62,820 nt of DNA, filler included, from Pirum gemmata (GCA_002812295.1; 28 parts of 28 records of this genome joined end to end with filler, not necessarily neighbours in it); one strand, 5' to 3'. Counted from the first letter of the whole stretch, positions 35,310-49,514 are shown. The notes: generated from the letters alone by a model not told the origin. Program-made: numbers and translations.

Positions 35310-36797
35310 AATTGGCCCACCGTATGATGCTTACTAATATCGTAAGACTATTAGGTGCAATCAAAGATAAAAAATTAGCCAACAAATTTGATACACGTCC
35401 TTCGATGGTTATTTTACCACTATCTCCAAACCATGGCGTCTTTGGTGGGGATGGTTTGTACGCTGAGTCCAAGATAGGGTTGGAAACCCTCTTCAATAAA
35501 TGGAAATCCGAAGACTGGGCCCAATATTTAACCTTGGCGGGCGCTTGTATAGGCTGGACACGTGGTACTGGTTTAATGTCGGCCAATAACATTATTGCTG
35601 ACGGAGTTGAGAAAATGGGTATCCGTACGTTTACTACTACAGAAATGGCGTTAAATATTGTGGCTTTAATGGATTTGGAAATTGTTAAAATTGTTACTAA
35701 CTCTCCAGTGTGGGCTGATTTTACCGGTGGGATGGACTTGGTGAGGTAATTGTATATTTATATATTAGTATATATATATAGAAGTTATTATTATTATTAC
35801 TATCGTAGTAATGATTTTTTTTTTCTGTCACGAATGACCTATTAGTCTTTTTAGGGGTTTATTTTTTAATAATATTCATTAAAACTTAGGTATAATAATT
35901 TTTCTTTTAATTATTGCTATTATATTGCTATTATACTTATTATTTGTTATTGTTATTATTTATTATTATTTATTATTATCTAAAGTAATAATATATTATT
36001 AATGTTTATGTTCATTTTCTGTTTTTATTAAGTGATTTAGATCAAGCTATCAGTAACCTCAGAAATTCATTAAATGAAGAATCATCGGCATTGATGGCTG
36101 TCAAAAATGATGAACAAATGGATTTAGTAGTAGAGCATGGCTTGAAAGAGAGCATTAAAACAAACAAAAAAGATAAATTAGCCAACTTGAAAGTGGAATT
36201 TCCTGCTCTTAGTAGTTATGAACAATTAGAAAAGGAAAATGGCCATATGAAGGGCATGATTGATTTAGAAAAAACTGTCGTGGTTACGGGATATGGTGAA
36301 GTTGGTCCTTGGGGTAATTCAAGAACCAGGTATTTTTAATTTCAATAGAATATAATAGCAAATTTACGCACCTTTAACAATATTATATATATCATTAAGC
36401 AGAAAATAACAAAAAAAAAACAATTGTATAAGTGGTATGAAATATTTAAAATATAGTAATATAATATCAACCTAAATTTAATCACAGATGGGAAATGGAG
36501 GCCAATGGGGTATTTTCTTTAGAAGGTTGTATTGAGATGGCCTGGATTATGGGCTTTATTAAACATTTCAATGGACAAGTAGAAAAGCAACAATACTCGG
36601 GTTGGATCAATATCGAAACCAATAAACCAATCAAAGATTATGAAATCAAACAACAGTTTGAAGAAAAAATACTAGAACATGCGGGAATCAGAATTATTGA
36701 ACCCGAACTTTTCGACGGCTACGATCCAGCTCAAAAACAATTTGTACAGCAAGTTGCGATTGAACGTGACATTGGCCCTTTGGAATGTACCGATGAA
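35310..36797 (+). CDS. FAS2: Fungal-type type I fatty acid synthase, alpha-like KR to KS region; exons 35310..35745, 36033..36329, 36488..36797 (partial)
   Basis: [100 protein letters not shown]; intron phases consistent. Confidence 0.95.
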
Positions 36798-37597
36798 GTA
36801 AGTTTAGATCTGATTCTGTTATAATAACAAGTTATATATGTCAAAATTTATCTTAAGTATAAGAGTTTATATATTTATTGTTCAAAATGAAAGTCAAATT
36901 TCCTTTCTGATGCAATTCTCCAAGATATATGGTTAGAGGCGTGGTTATGGAGATTCCGTAAACTGGACTTATTATTATTATTATTATTATTATTATTGTT
37001 GTTGTTGTTGTTGTTGTTGNNNNNNNNNNNNNNNNNNNNNNNNNNNNNNNNNNNNNNNNNNNNTTAATTAATTAANNNNNNNNNNNNNNNNNNNNNNNNN
37101 NNNNNNNNNNNNNNNNNNNAAAATAAATAAAATAAATAAAATAAATATAATAAATAAAATAAATAAAATAAATAAAATAAAATAAATAATAACATACATA
37201 CATATATACATATATACATATATACATACACATACACATACATATATATATATACATATAAACATAAATACATAAATAAATACATAAATAAAAAAATAAA
37301 TAAATAAATAAATAAAATACACATACATAAATACATACACAAATACACAAATACATAAATAAATAAATATTAAATAAATAATTAAAGAAATAAATAAATA
37401 AAAAATGAATACATTTTCATATAACCGCCACACACCTTATTATAAGACACTTTTATTCTTATTTAATGGAAAGATTGCTTTACTAATACATTCATTTCAA
37501 AAAATACATCCATCATCACAAACACAAAATCCTTATTCAACAAAACACACACACATAAACACACACATTTTTTTATACTTTTATTAATAAAAAAACC

Positions 37598-37936
37598 TTA
37601 AAAGAATGTACCAGGTCTGTTTGCCAAAAACAAGGAGTTGGTTTCTTTGTTAGGTCTAGGAACACGGTGAGCAAGTGGAAATCTGATTTTAGAATTGTGG
37701 AATTGTTTGATGTTTGCACGTCTGCATTCAGAAGCAGAGATTTCATCACATCGGATGATTTGCACTGAACGAGCACGGGCTCTGTGTCTAGCGGCCATAT
37801 CTTGGTAACATTGCGAAACTGCGCCAGCTGCGGTTAAGTCGCGGAATTCTTTGTAAGCGTTATGTGTTCCTGATCTGGAATCATATCTTAAAAAGATAGC
37901 ATAGTTTTTAACCTTTTCTGGTTTCTTTTCAAAAAC
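37598..37936 (-). CDS. RPL18A: 60S ribosomal protein L18a/eL20, last exon
   Basis: [56 protein letters not shown]. Confidence 0.97.
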   Translation of the reverse strand, partial: VFEKKPEKVKNYAIFLRYDSRSGTHNAYKEFRDLTAAGAVSQCYQDMAARHRARARSVQIIRCDEISASECRRANIKQFHNSKIRFPLAHRVPRPNKETNSLFLANRPGTFF

Positions 37937-39479
37937 CTATTTTTGTTTGATTCGAGAAGAAAAAAAATGTTAAAATTAAAAATTAATAACAATTGTTGTT
38001 ATTGTTTGCAATGTTGTCATTATTGTATGCTATTGTTAGTTTATTGACATTGCTGTTACTGTTACTATCAAATACGTGCTATATTTGCTACGTGTATGGC
38101 AGTAGTTATTATTATTATTATCATTATTATTATTATTATAACTACACACAAATATTATCCTCTATTCAAAAAGAACAAAACAATTACTACAACACTATTC
38201 ATTAAATTCATATTTAAAATACATAAGCTTTCAAAAACAACTATTAGTTAAAACCAATGAATCAATTTCAAATTTAATTTTTTACATTGAATAAAAGGAG
38301 CAAAACAAAAACAAAACAAAAACACACAGAAATATGTGAAAAAAATAAAAAGAAATCTAAGTATGAAATTGTAATTTACTATTCCTAATTCAAAACTTTC
38401 ACAAAACTAAACAAATCCCCTATTCTATTGCATATTAAATGTAAACATAATTGAAATAATAGTACAACAGCTGGTTTTAGTTATTTGTTATATATTTTCA
38501 AGTGTTTCTTATTAACTTGAGACTTATACTAAAGTGAACCATGCTATTCTCATTCTCGGTATTGTTATTGTTATTACTATTCTTACAATATTTATTATTA
38601 AAAATATTTGTTGCTGTATTCATTCGTAATGTTAACCACATTGTATAATACTTGCGTGGTTCTAATTGGAACTATAAAGTTCGTTTACTGTTTGTTTTTA
38701 TTATTATCATTATTATCCTTATTATCCGTAATAGTAATCATTATTATTATCATTATTATCATTATACCACTAATAGTAACCATTATCATCAACATCATCA
38801 ACAACATCATTATTATCATTATTATCATTAATAGTAATTATTATTATCATTATTATCATTAAAAGTAATTACCATTACCATTACCATTATCATTATCATT
38901 ATTATCCTAATTATTATTTGTATCATTATTATTATTATCATTATTATCATTATTACTATCATCATCATTATCATTATCATTTCATTATCCTTATTATCAT
39001 CACTATTATTATTATTATCACTATTATTATTATCACTATCATCATTATTATTATTACTATTATTACTTATTACTATTATTATTATTATCACTATCATTAT
39101 TATCATTATTATCATTATCATCATTATCATCATTATCATCATCATTATCATCATCATTATCNNNNNNNNNNNNNNNNNNNNNNNNNNNNNNNNNNNNNNN
39201 NNNNNTTAATTAATTAANNNNNNNNNNNNNNNNNNNNNNNNNNNNNNNNNNNNNNNNNNNNTTTTTTTTTTTTTATTTTTTTTTTTACAATTTTTGTTTT
39301 TTTTTTTAATGATAAAAAAAAAAAAAAAAATACTTTTGAAAATTATGATTTTTGAAATTTTTATTATTAATTTATGAATCATGATATTATTATTTTTTTT
39401 GATGTGATAGTCTAAAATTAAAAAAAAATAAAAATAAAAAAAAAGCATCATATTTATGATGTATTATATCTGTGTGTTA

Positions 39480-39682
39480 TATCATGTTTTTCAGTAGTGT
39501 TGTCCAGTTCAAAAACTGAAATAAACGTATCAAATAATTATTATTATAGTTAAACTATCAGACATGTTTTAATTAATTTGGTATTATATACTTACTGTTG
39601 TATTGTATAAACAAGTTCAATGATACACTTATACAGTGCCAAATTAAAGATTGAGAGGACAACTGTGATGAAATAGACGTTA
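39480..39682. mobile_element. MITE family B (~200 bp, TA-flanked, imperfect TIR ..TTTCA....GTTGTCC)
   Basis: Copies also at ~8941..9060, 42912..43139, ~44385..44465, 48119..48295. Confidence 0.7.
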
Positions 39683-40155
39683 TCTATATGTACAGCCTAG
39701 GCAGTAGACTGACAGTAGTATATAATATCATAGGTGTATTAGGAGTTATTAGGGTAGAATTTATTTTAATTTTGAATTTCCACGGCCACCCTTAATAAAA
39801 AAGCTTGCGCAGTAATATGTGGCTGTGTTAGGTTAGTCTATCTATGCTTATTAATAAAGAACTCTAGTCTAAGAAGTAAAAACTCTAGTTAATGAATTGG
39901 AAGGAACCAAACAAACAACTGAATTGACAAAGATATCTAAAAAAGGTTTAGACAGTACCCAAAGCCCTTTCTTTCATCAGCCTCTGTAGATATGATATAA
40001 TAAACGTATGGTAATGAACCCTAACCCTAACCCTAGCCCTAACAGTCCATAAACCTAACCCTAACTCTAGCCCCAAGTAACTGCCCCAACCCCAATAAAA
40101 AAGTTTTATTTTGTAATGAATTTCACCGAGCTGTTTTTAACTTCGGAAAACCCTT

Positions 40156-40757
40156 CTATTTTTTACCATCAGTTCTTTCAAGGTGCAATTTAAATTCTTC
40201 CTCGTTGATTAAGGGATAAAAGTAAACATAGGCCAAAGCTGAGCGGTGTCCTGTATAAAAAGATAATATATATAAATGTAAATTAGAATTCTAGCATTTA
40301 AGTTATGATAAATGTTTTAATTTTGTTTGTGAATAATAATTGTTTTCTTACCCTTACCCTTACCCTTACCCTTACCCTTACCCTTACCCTAACCCTAACC
40401 CTTGCCCTTACCTTTACCTTTTTAACCCCTTATTAACCACTAAATATTAGCATTAACCTTGCCTTTACCCCAAACATTAACATTAACAATAACACTTATT
40501 ATTCATATTCATATTATTCATATTCTTTAAAACTTTGTTTAATTTTTTATCCTTTTTCAGTAAGTATCAAACAAAAAAAAAACAGAACCGACCTCGTAAT
40601 ATATCAATTTGTAAATCGGCGAACTTTTCACAAGGGCATTTTTCCCTGCTAAATTCTCCGTAAGTATGTCGCCCGCAATTATTAAAACAATGACTATAAT
40701 GAGGACCAAAGCATTCACCCAAACCAGGGCAAAGCGAACAATGATAATTCCCTTCAT
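40156..40757 (-). CDS. Cys/His-rich probable zinc-binding protein, last two exons 40593..40757 and 40156..40250
   Basis: YHCSLCPGLGECFGPHYSHCFNNCGRH...CPC spliced in phase to GHRSALAYVYFYPLINEEEFKLHLERTDGKK*. Confidence 0.6.
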
Positions 40758-40773
40758 CTACATACATATGTTA

Positions 40774-40836
<63 letters not shown>

Positions 40837-41795
40837 ATTATCATAAAGAGAAATGTAATTTGTTAATTTGGTTCATAATACTTTGGTATAAGTTAATGAG
40901 TTTGCAGTAGTTTGCCTCTCCTAATGATATCACATTCTATCTGACTTTTAACCCTGAAATGGTCCAAACCCTATTCTAGAAACCCTAACTAATGTCTATC
41001 ATACTAGCTAGAAATCCTGTTGAACTATATATAGCACTATAGACCTCGAACCCGTCAACAAAAGCTCTAATACTGGTATGTACTATAAAAAATTTCTATA
41101 TTAAGGACTGTAGATAAACCTATCAACCCATCATTACTCTCGCTGCCGAGTCATCTATAAGTTACCGGACTCACCAATAGTCTGGCAGTGACACCTTCTG
41201 AGTTCTGGCCTAGCTAGTTTCCTTTTTTTGGGGTATATTTTTTTTTCAACCGTATAGACCGTATAGACTACCATACGGCTAGTATCATACGGATTTTTTT
41301 TTATTTTATTTTTTTTATATCATATTATGATATCATTTCATATGATAAAAAAAAAANNNNNNNNNNNNNNNNNNNNNNNNNNNNNNNNNNNNNNNNNNNN
41401 TTAATTAATTAANNNNNNNNNNNNNNNNNNNNNNNNNNNNNNNNNNNNNNNNNNNNACACAAACCGAAACACAATTAATCATACACAGACTATTTACACA
41501 CAATACAACTCCCTCGGAGAATCGAACCAGAAACCTTTCTTTTGTTAAACCTGGGTGGTTATCCCCAGGTTTAACAGATGACAAAACAACTGAAAAGCAC
41601 TATAACAATACTATAACAATAATAAGCCAAACAGTGGAAATTTCAGAGTCATATTGGAAGGTGACACCTATAAGAGTCCTAAAAGTAAATGACCCCTTAT
41701 TAGCCATTTACGGCTGCCAATTAAGTAAATTGTATACCATAAATAGTAAAATAATTTGCTCTTTTTGGAACAGTCTTAGTATAGTAAATTTTAGT

Positions 41796-41855
<60 letters not shown>

Positions 41856-41901
41856 GTTATTTTAATTTAAATACCGGGGATAGTTTATGTTTTATTATAA
41901 G

Positions 41902-43139
41902 TATTGTGCTTTCCATTTATTTTGTCACTCTGAATAATTATGCATGTTTATTTGGTGGTTTATAACCTTTAAATTGACATTTTTAAACTAATAAATAGAT
42001 GATAAAATATACCAAATTGAATAAAATGGATTTATATTGCATTAATTTAATACTCTTTATTATATATTTTATTATATGACAAAATAAATGAATAGCATTA
42101 TATTATAGTATAATATTTTAAAGACTTATTAAAGCCACAGCCGCAGCGGAAAATGAAAATTTCAGACTTCAGAGTCATATTGGAGGGGCGTTACCCTTCC
42201 TATATAGACTATAGTCGTAGCTAATATAGATCGTATTAATATATGATATTATTATAATATTATTAATAATATTAATATGAATTTATGATATTAATATCAT
42301 CCTGATATCATCATCTACTATAATACCTGTTATCATACTTCTACTACTACTAGTTAGACTGTAGTATGATAATATCATAATATTATTATGATAATGTATT
42401 TGATAATATTAATATCATAATAATTATAATTATTATGATATTATTTTTGTGCTTTTCCAAGGACTTCAAAAAAAAAAGACGTTGGCTTTTCATTTATTTT
42501 GCCACTCTGAATATTTATTTGGATGGTTATAATCTTTAAATTGATTTATTAATATTGTATATTTTATGAAGGCAATTGCAAGGCAACTGAAAAGCCCCTG
42601 AAAAGCGCTACTAGAGTAGTAAGACCTAGGTAAGGGGTCTCTATATCACTTTCACCGGTATGATATAGTACTAGTGCTTTTCAGTTTTGTCATTATAAAT
42701 TTAAAGTATACAATAAATATATAGTACCAAATTAATATAATTTAAATTCATTTAATCTAATTTGGTATGTTTTGTTATCTGTATATTGATTTAAAATTGT
42801 CAATTTAAAGATTATAAACCTCCAAATAAATATTCGGAGTGACAAAATAAATGAAATGCACGATATATATTATAGCTATGATATAATATAATATGATCAT
42901 TTTGATTATGATACGTCTATTTCAATATACTTATCCTTTCAAATCTTTAATTAATTTGGTACTTTTTAAGTGTATAATTGAGCTTGTTTATAAAATACAT
43001 CATTAAGTATAAAGTACCAAATTAATTAAAACATGCCTAGTTTAAAACATAAAATACCAAATTGATTATTAAAACATGTCAATAATTTGATACGCTTATT
43101 TCAGTTTTTTGAACTGGACAACACTAAAAAAAATACGAT
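41902..43139. mobile_element. Cluster of MITEs: family A at ~41902..42100, ~42480..42610, 42672..42865; family B at 42912..43139
   Basis: Family A and B cores and termini recognisable. Confidence 0.75.
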
Positions 43140-43363
43140 TTCGGTAGGTCCTAGCTAGCTAGTCTAGACCTAGACTATCGATAGCTAGAGTCTACTCTAG
43201 CTAGAGCGAGTACCCTAGCTAGCTAGCTAGCTAGCACCGACTCTAGCTAGCTAGCTACTAGCTAGTGGCTGCTTTCTAGCTACGTATAGCTAGTGGCTGC
43301 TTATTGTAGATGGCTGCTTTTATGATATCTAAATATATAGCTTGCTTTTATATAATAATATTA

Positions 43364-43470
43364 GGGAGCGTTCAATAATTACGTAACGCGGATTTAAGAC
43401 AAAAACCTACTCTACTACACTTCTACTACCCCCCATGTAGGACTACCTACCCCTTATGACGTAACGATTT
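43364..43470 (+). mobile_element. Harbinger-like element related to family C, left end
   Basis: TTA-GGGAGCGTTCAATAATTACGTAACGC with a different interior. Confidence 0.6.
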
Positions 43471-43970
43471 GGAAAAAATAGTACCCTAAATTACCTAAAT
43501 GCTAACCCTAGACTAANNNNNNNNNNNNNNNNNNNNNNNNNNNNNNNNNNNNNNNNNNNNTTAATTAATTAANNNNNNNNNNNNNNNNNNNNNNNNNNNN
43601 NNNNNNNNNNNNNNNNAATAATAATAGTAATAATAACAATATAATAATACCTTTCCAACACGCGCCAGGATTTCCAAAAAGAAAGACATTTTATTATAAT
43701 TATACAATTAAAAAATATTTTTTCTAGAACTGTATAAATATAATGAAATGGTTTTTGAAAAGAAAGATTGCGATGCTAGTAGAGTGTGTTTGCTCTGTCT
43801 AACTTATTCATCTACAAAACTTCCGACAAAGGTAAAATCATCCATTTGAGTCATGTATTCTCATAATTTTATTATACGCATCGATATGATAATAATTATT
43901 ACTTATTAGACTTATTATTAAAAAAGTTATTATTTATTCTGACAAACCAAACTTTAGTTTAGTTAGATAT

Positions 43971-44148
43971 TATCGTGCTTTTCAGTTGTTTTGTCATCAT
44001 AAAATATACAAAAAAAGAGTACCAAATTAATATAATATAAACCCATTTCATTTAATTTGGTATATTTTATTATCTATTTATTCATTTAAAAAAGTCAATT
44101 TTAATATCATAACCAACCAAATAAATATTTGGAAATGAAAAGCACAAT
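43971..44148 (-). mobile_element. MITE family A copy, TA-flanked
   Basis: TA-TCGTGCTTTTCAGTTGTTTTGTCA ... TGAAAAGCACAA-TA. Confidence 0.8.
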
Positions 44149-45171
44149 AATACTTAGTCTACTACTTCACACCTAGCTAGCTAGCTAGCTAGGTAGACCT
44201 CCCCCCTCGGGCCCCAGCTAGACTAGCTACTACTAGACTCGAGACTAGACTAGTCTAGTCTAGCTAGACTATCATAGCTAGCTAGCTAGCTATCATAGTA
44301 GTAGAGACCGGGTGGTGTTTTAATTCTGTGTTTTAATTAATTTGGTATTTTATGTTCTTGTTTATTTAATACAATATTAAATATAAAATACCAAATTAAC
44401 TAAACAGTGCCCGATAGTTTAACCATAATAATAATTTGGTACGTTTATTTCAGTTTTTGAACTGGAAAACCAGCTAGTGGAAAACCTCTGGAAAACCTAG
44501 TCTAGCTAACTAGGGAAAACCTCTAGCTAGACTACCTAGCTAGCTAGCTAGCTAGTAGACCCTACTAGCTAGCTCTAGCTAGTAGTGGAAATTTGGCCCA
44601 CTGGAAAACCCTGGAAAACCTCAGCAAAATAGTCACAAGAAAATCCATGCAAAATCCATCTAGCTAGCTAGCAAAATCCATTAGACTCTACTAAGCTAGC
44701 TAGCTAGCTAGCTAGCCATGAGACTGGACCTCTCCTCGGAGAGACTGGACCTCTCTAGCTAGCTACTACTAGAGACCACAGTCTTCTCTGACAGTCTTCT
44801 AGTCTACTAGCTAGACTAGGCTAGACTAGCTAGACTAGCTAGCTAACTTCAGATAATATACCGGTAGACTAGAATGTAAAATAAAGAATACCAAATTAAT
44901 ACAACATAGCATCATTTCGTTTTATTTGGTATATTTTATTATCTATTTATTCATTTAAAAATATCAATTTAAATAATATAACAAACCAAATAAATATTAA
45001 GAGTGACAAAATAAATGAAAGCACCGCACTAGCTAGTAGGTCTAGCTAGCTAGCTAGCTAGACTAGCTACTAGCTAGAGGAGACTGGACCATGAGACTAC
45101 TAGCTAGCTAGCTAGCTATCGATAACTACTAGCTAGCTAGCTACTAGCTAGCTAATATGCATTGACCAGTC

Positions 45172-45440
45172 TACCAGTAAAAAATAAGATGGAAAAATCT
45201 GAAGATGGAATTGAATCTAGAAGGGTATTTTTGTCAACTAAGGCATCTAGATTGGTATTTCAAACTATTTAATCGACATCTGGATACACTTTTTTTTTTG
45301 AGCAAAATAAAGGATCAAAAAAAAATATCAATTCAAACGATGGTTTTAAAGTCTAAAAATACCAATCTAGATGACTTAGTTGACAAAAATACCCTTCTAG
45401 ATTTAATTCCATCCTCAGATTTTTCCATTTTTTACTGGTA
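45172..45440. mobile_element. Fold-back element family E (~270 bp, ~90-bp inverted arms)
   Basis: TACCAGTAAAAAA..ATGGAAAAATCTGAAGATGGAATTGAATCTAGAAGGGTATTTTTGTCAACTAAG.CATCTAGATTGGTATTTT is mirrored at 45355..45440. Confidence 0.8.
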
Positions 45441-46009
45441 GCTAGCTAGAGAGTGGTAGTCCAAGCCCAGCAAACTGAACAAAGGTCGAGATACAATTTG
45501 GTATTTTTAAACTTAATTTTAGCTTATAAAAATGACCCCATTTTCTTAATTGCACCTAATTTAAATTAATTTGGCTGTTTGAGAATAGTCTCGTGTTCCT
45601 TTTTTCTAGCCAGCTACTACCGGTAGTTAGGGTTAGGGTTAGGGGTTAGGGGTTAGGGNNNNNNNNNNNNNNNNNNNNNNNNNNNNNNNNNNNNNNNNNN
45701 NNTTAATTAATTAANNNNNNNNNNNNNNNNNNNNNNNNNNNNNNNNNNNNNNNNNNNNTTATTATTATTATTATTATTATTAGTATCAGCATTATTATTT
45801 TATTCTTACTACTACTAAGTTTACTACCACCACAAAAATTATTCCACTATATGTAACAGCACCAACTTTACGAATTTTTAAGGAGTGAGGAGTGAAATGG
45901 ATGAGTGGGGGAATATTGGCAATTGACAAAAACGTGCTAAAACAAAGTCACGAATTTTTTCGAACACTGTATAAAGTTGGTAGTATGTGATTTATGGTTG
46001 TGGGCTTAC

Positions 46010-46208
46010 TTTTTTTGGTTTTGGACGAATCCAAATCCAACAGTCTAGGATTTGAGTCTATAGAACTTCGAGTAATCCTCGTAGATGTAGATACAGGTTT
46101 GGCAGTTATCGAGTTCTATGTTGCGAAGGTTTTTTTTTNTGTGATTATGAAATTGAGAAAAAAAAACCAAAACCAAAAAAAACTAAATTTTTTTATTATT
46201 GATTTATT

Positions 46209-46242
<34 letters not shown>

Positions 46243-47810
46243 GAAAGATGACAAATTACAGGTAATAAGTAGAAATAGTAAGAGTTGTAAATATATAATG
46301 ATACTGAATAATAGAGAAGGGGAAAATATAAGGGTTAGGGTTGAGGTTGGGGCTGGGGTTGGGGTTGGGTTACTAGGGTTGGGGTTACTAGGGTTAGGGT
46401 TGGGTTTGGGTTTGGGGTTACTAGGGCTGGGGTTACTAGGGTTGGGGTTGGGGTTGGGGTTGGGGTCAAAATACCCGAGTCTTCCTTGTCGATATTGTTT
46501 CATTTTCATCTTCTCAGAAAGTAGCATAGGTTGTATAATGACAATAATAATAACGATATTAATGCATTAATAATAATAATAATAGATAGATAATAAATTA
46601 ATCAGTAAATGACTAATTAATTGTAGCAGGAAAATCATACAATAACCCAAAAAAAAATTTAAAAAAAAAAATGAAAAGTATGTTTAAAAAAGCAACTTTA
46701 ATATATCATTTTTCTATACTTTAACTACAATTAAATAATGTAAGAACAACGGCCATGATGGTGATAACAATAATAATAGTAGTAATAAAAATAATAACAA
46801 ATTTACTTCGGTCTGCGTAATTTACATAACGAGCAATAAAACTTTTCACATCTACATCGCCAGAAGAAAAATAAGAGCTATAATTATCCCAAAATCCCAA
46901 GGAGAATATAATATATATATAAGAAAATTATGAATCATATAAACAAGAATAAATAAAGAATATTTAGAATGTGTGTGGGGGAGGGGATGGGGGGCATATT
47001 TATCATTTAATCTTGACAATAATTATCATATATCATTAATAAATATATCGATAAATAAGTTTATATTTTGGTTTGAGCTGTGCTTAGATTAGTATTGGCG
47101 TTGGCGTTGGTGTTGGCGTTAATCAGGGCTAGGGTTTACAAATAATTATTCTGTACTGTACAAGCAATAAGTAATAATATATATGCGTATGTAATATATA
47201 ATATATAGTATATAAAAAACAATACTTAGAATAATAAGTTATAAGTAAAAGAAAATACAAATTTTATTTTTTAAAAAAATACATCTTTGAGTTTACTTAT
47301 ATGTGAATAAAACCTGTGATCAGAGAAAAATTCTTCTACTTGCAACTTAGTTTTGGATTTCAATATATCCGATATCTTTTTCCAGTTTTTTCCATATTTC
47401 ATATACCCTTCAAAGAATTGTTTAAATTCTTGTTTAGTCCATACATCTACAAACAATATATTATATATATGTATATATATATATATATAATGATGATATT
47501 ATCATGTTATTGGTTATGAATCTTTACAAATAATAAAGAAAGAAAGAAAGAAAGAGAGGGAAAGGAAAGGAAACTGACCAAATTAATATTCTATAAATTA
47601 TCTATTAATTACAATCGATTACTTTGTAACGCTTTTTATCGTTTTTTTAACAAAATGTTAATTGTATTTTTAACTTTATGCCTGTATATACATTCATAAA
47701 GTTACATTAGGTTTGTGTATTTTTATTATTTGTATATTTATTCTGAAAAACATGCTTACTATTATTTTCACTCTTCTCAGCTGAGCTGTCGTTGCTCCGA
47801 AGAGCCCTAC
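46010..47810 (-). CDS. SANT/Myb-domain protein, ALY/LIN9-like N-terminus; exons 47760..47810, 47314..47446, 46807..46877, 46475..46509, 46010..46115 (partial)
   Basis: Five phase-consistent GT-AG exons; WTKQEFKQFFEGYMKYGKNWKKISDILKSKTKLQVEEFFSDHSSYFS is a SANT domain resembling the N-terminus of plant ALWAYS EARLY proteins. Confidence 0.7.
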
Positions 47811-48655
47811 CTATGTTTGAAAACAAAACAAAAAATGATATATATAATAATAANNNNNNNNNNNNNNNNNNNNNNNNNNNNNNNNNNNNNNNNNNNNTTA
47901 ATTAATTAANNNNNNNNNNNNNNNNNNNNNNNNNNNNNNNNNNNNNNNNNNNNAACCCTAACCCTAACCCTAACCCTAACCCCACCCCCCGCCCCCCAGT
48001 TCTACAGTCAGTCCTCAATTTGGTTCGTCTTCTAGCTAGTCTAAGTCTACTACTATGACACCTGGTAGAACACCTGGTAGACTAGTCTAGGCTATATACA
48101 TATAACCATGTGGTTATGATATCGTCTATTTCATTACAGTTGTCCTCTCAATCTTTAATTTGGTACTTTTTAAGTGTATAATTGAACTCTTTTATAAAAT
48201 GCAACATTAAGTATAAAATACCAAATAAATCAGAACATGTCGGATACTTTAACCATAATAATAATTTGGTAAGTTTATTTCAGTTTTGAACTGGATGAAA
48301 AATTCCTCTAGCTATAGGTCTAAATAGTGTCTAAATTCTATCCTAGCTAGACTATCCTAGTAGTTTCTAAAAACCATTCATGCTAACTAGCCAAATTATT
48401 TTTAAAAACTAGCCATCGGTTCATAATAGACTTTTCTTAGTTGAATGGTTTATCAACATTTGGTAGTACTTGCATTAAAATTGGATCATTTTGAGATTTT
48501 TGGATGCTATAGCTGGAGAGCTAATAGCTAGAATGTAGATCTAGCTAGCTAGTATCATTATTATCTAATAAGTATTATCTACTAGCTAGCTAGACTACTC
48601 TAGTAGTCTCCTAGACTAGTAGTGTAGCTACATCATAGATCAAAAACTGATATTC

Positions 48656-49197
48656 TATCGTGCTTTTCATTTATTTTGTCACTCGGAATATTTATTTGGA
48701 GGTTTATAATATTTAAATTGATATTGTTAAATAAATAAATAGATAATAAATTATACCTAATTAAATTAAATGGATTTATATTGTATTAATTTGGTGCTAT
48801 TTATTGTATATTTTATGACGACAAAAAGCACTATAAGTATTAGACTAGTCTATTAATTATGGCATAGTCTAGTAGACCTAGACTAGGGGGTTGGGGGTTG
48901 CTGCTGTCTCTGGCTGTCTATACCTACTAGCTATCATTGGTCTATAAAACTATAGACTATGACAAGAGTGAAAACAACTATAGACTACTATAGTACTTTT
49001 CAGTTTTCACTAGGTACTTTTCAGTTGTTTTGTCATCATAAAGTATACAATAAATAGTACCAAATTAATAAAATATAAACCCATTTAATTTAATTTGGTA
49101 TATTTTATTATCTATATATCCATTTAAAAATGACAATTTAAAGATTATAACCCTCCAAATAAATATTCAGAGTGACAAAATAAATGAAAATCACGAT
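48656..49197. mobile_element. Two family A MITEs in opposite orientation (48656..48834 +, 49011..49197 -)
   Basis: Family A termini and core. Confidence 0.75.
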
Positions 49198-49514
49198 TAG
49201 ACTTCTCCGAATTCTGCCCCTAAAACTCGACTTTCTGCTTCTGCCTTCTACCCCGAAAAGCTCGATTTTTGCCGAGTAGAATTTCTGGTCTGTTTGGTCT
49301 ATTCAAAATTAATTTTTTCGAGTTGATTACTAAATACATAGATTCGAATATTTCGAGCTTATATTTTATAGTGGTATGATATGATAGAATCAATCACCTT
49401 TTTTTTTTTTTTNTTCAAAAAATTAATTTTTGATCGAGTTAGAGAGGAAAAACACCATTCTGCCATTTCTCGAAAAAGGCCAAATTCTGCCCGGGCAGAA
49501 TTCGGAGAAGTCTA
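49198..49514 (+). mobile_element. TIR element family D, 317 bp, complete
   Basis: Perfect 22-bp TIR TAGACTTCTCCGAATTCTGCCC / GGGCAGAATTCGGAGAAGTCTA. Confidence 0.85.

Noticed and set aside
38460..38700. Possible intronic snoRNA in the RPL18A intron
   Set aside because: Only short hairpins; no convincing H/ACA two-hairpin or C/D box architecture by eye; needs an Infernal/snoRNA scan
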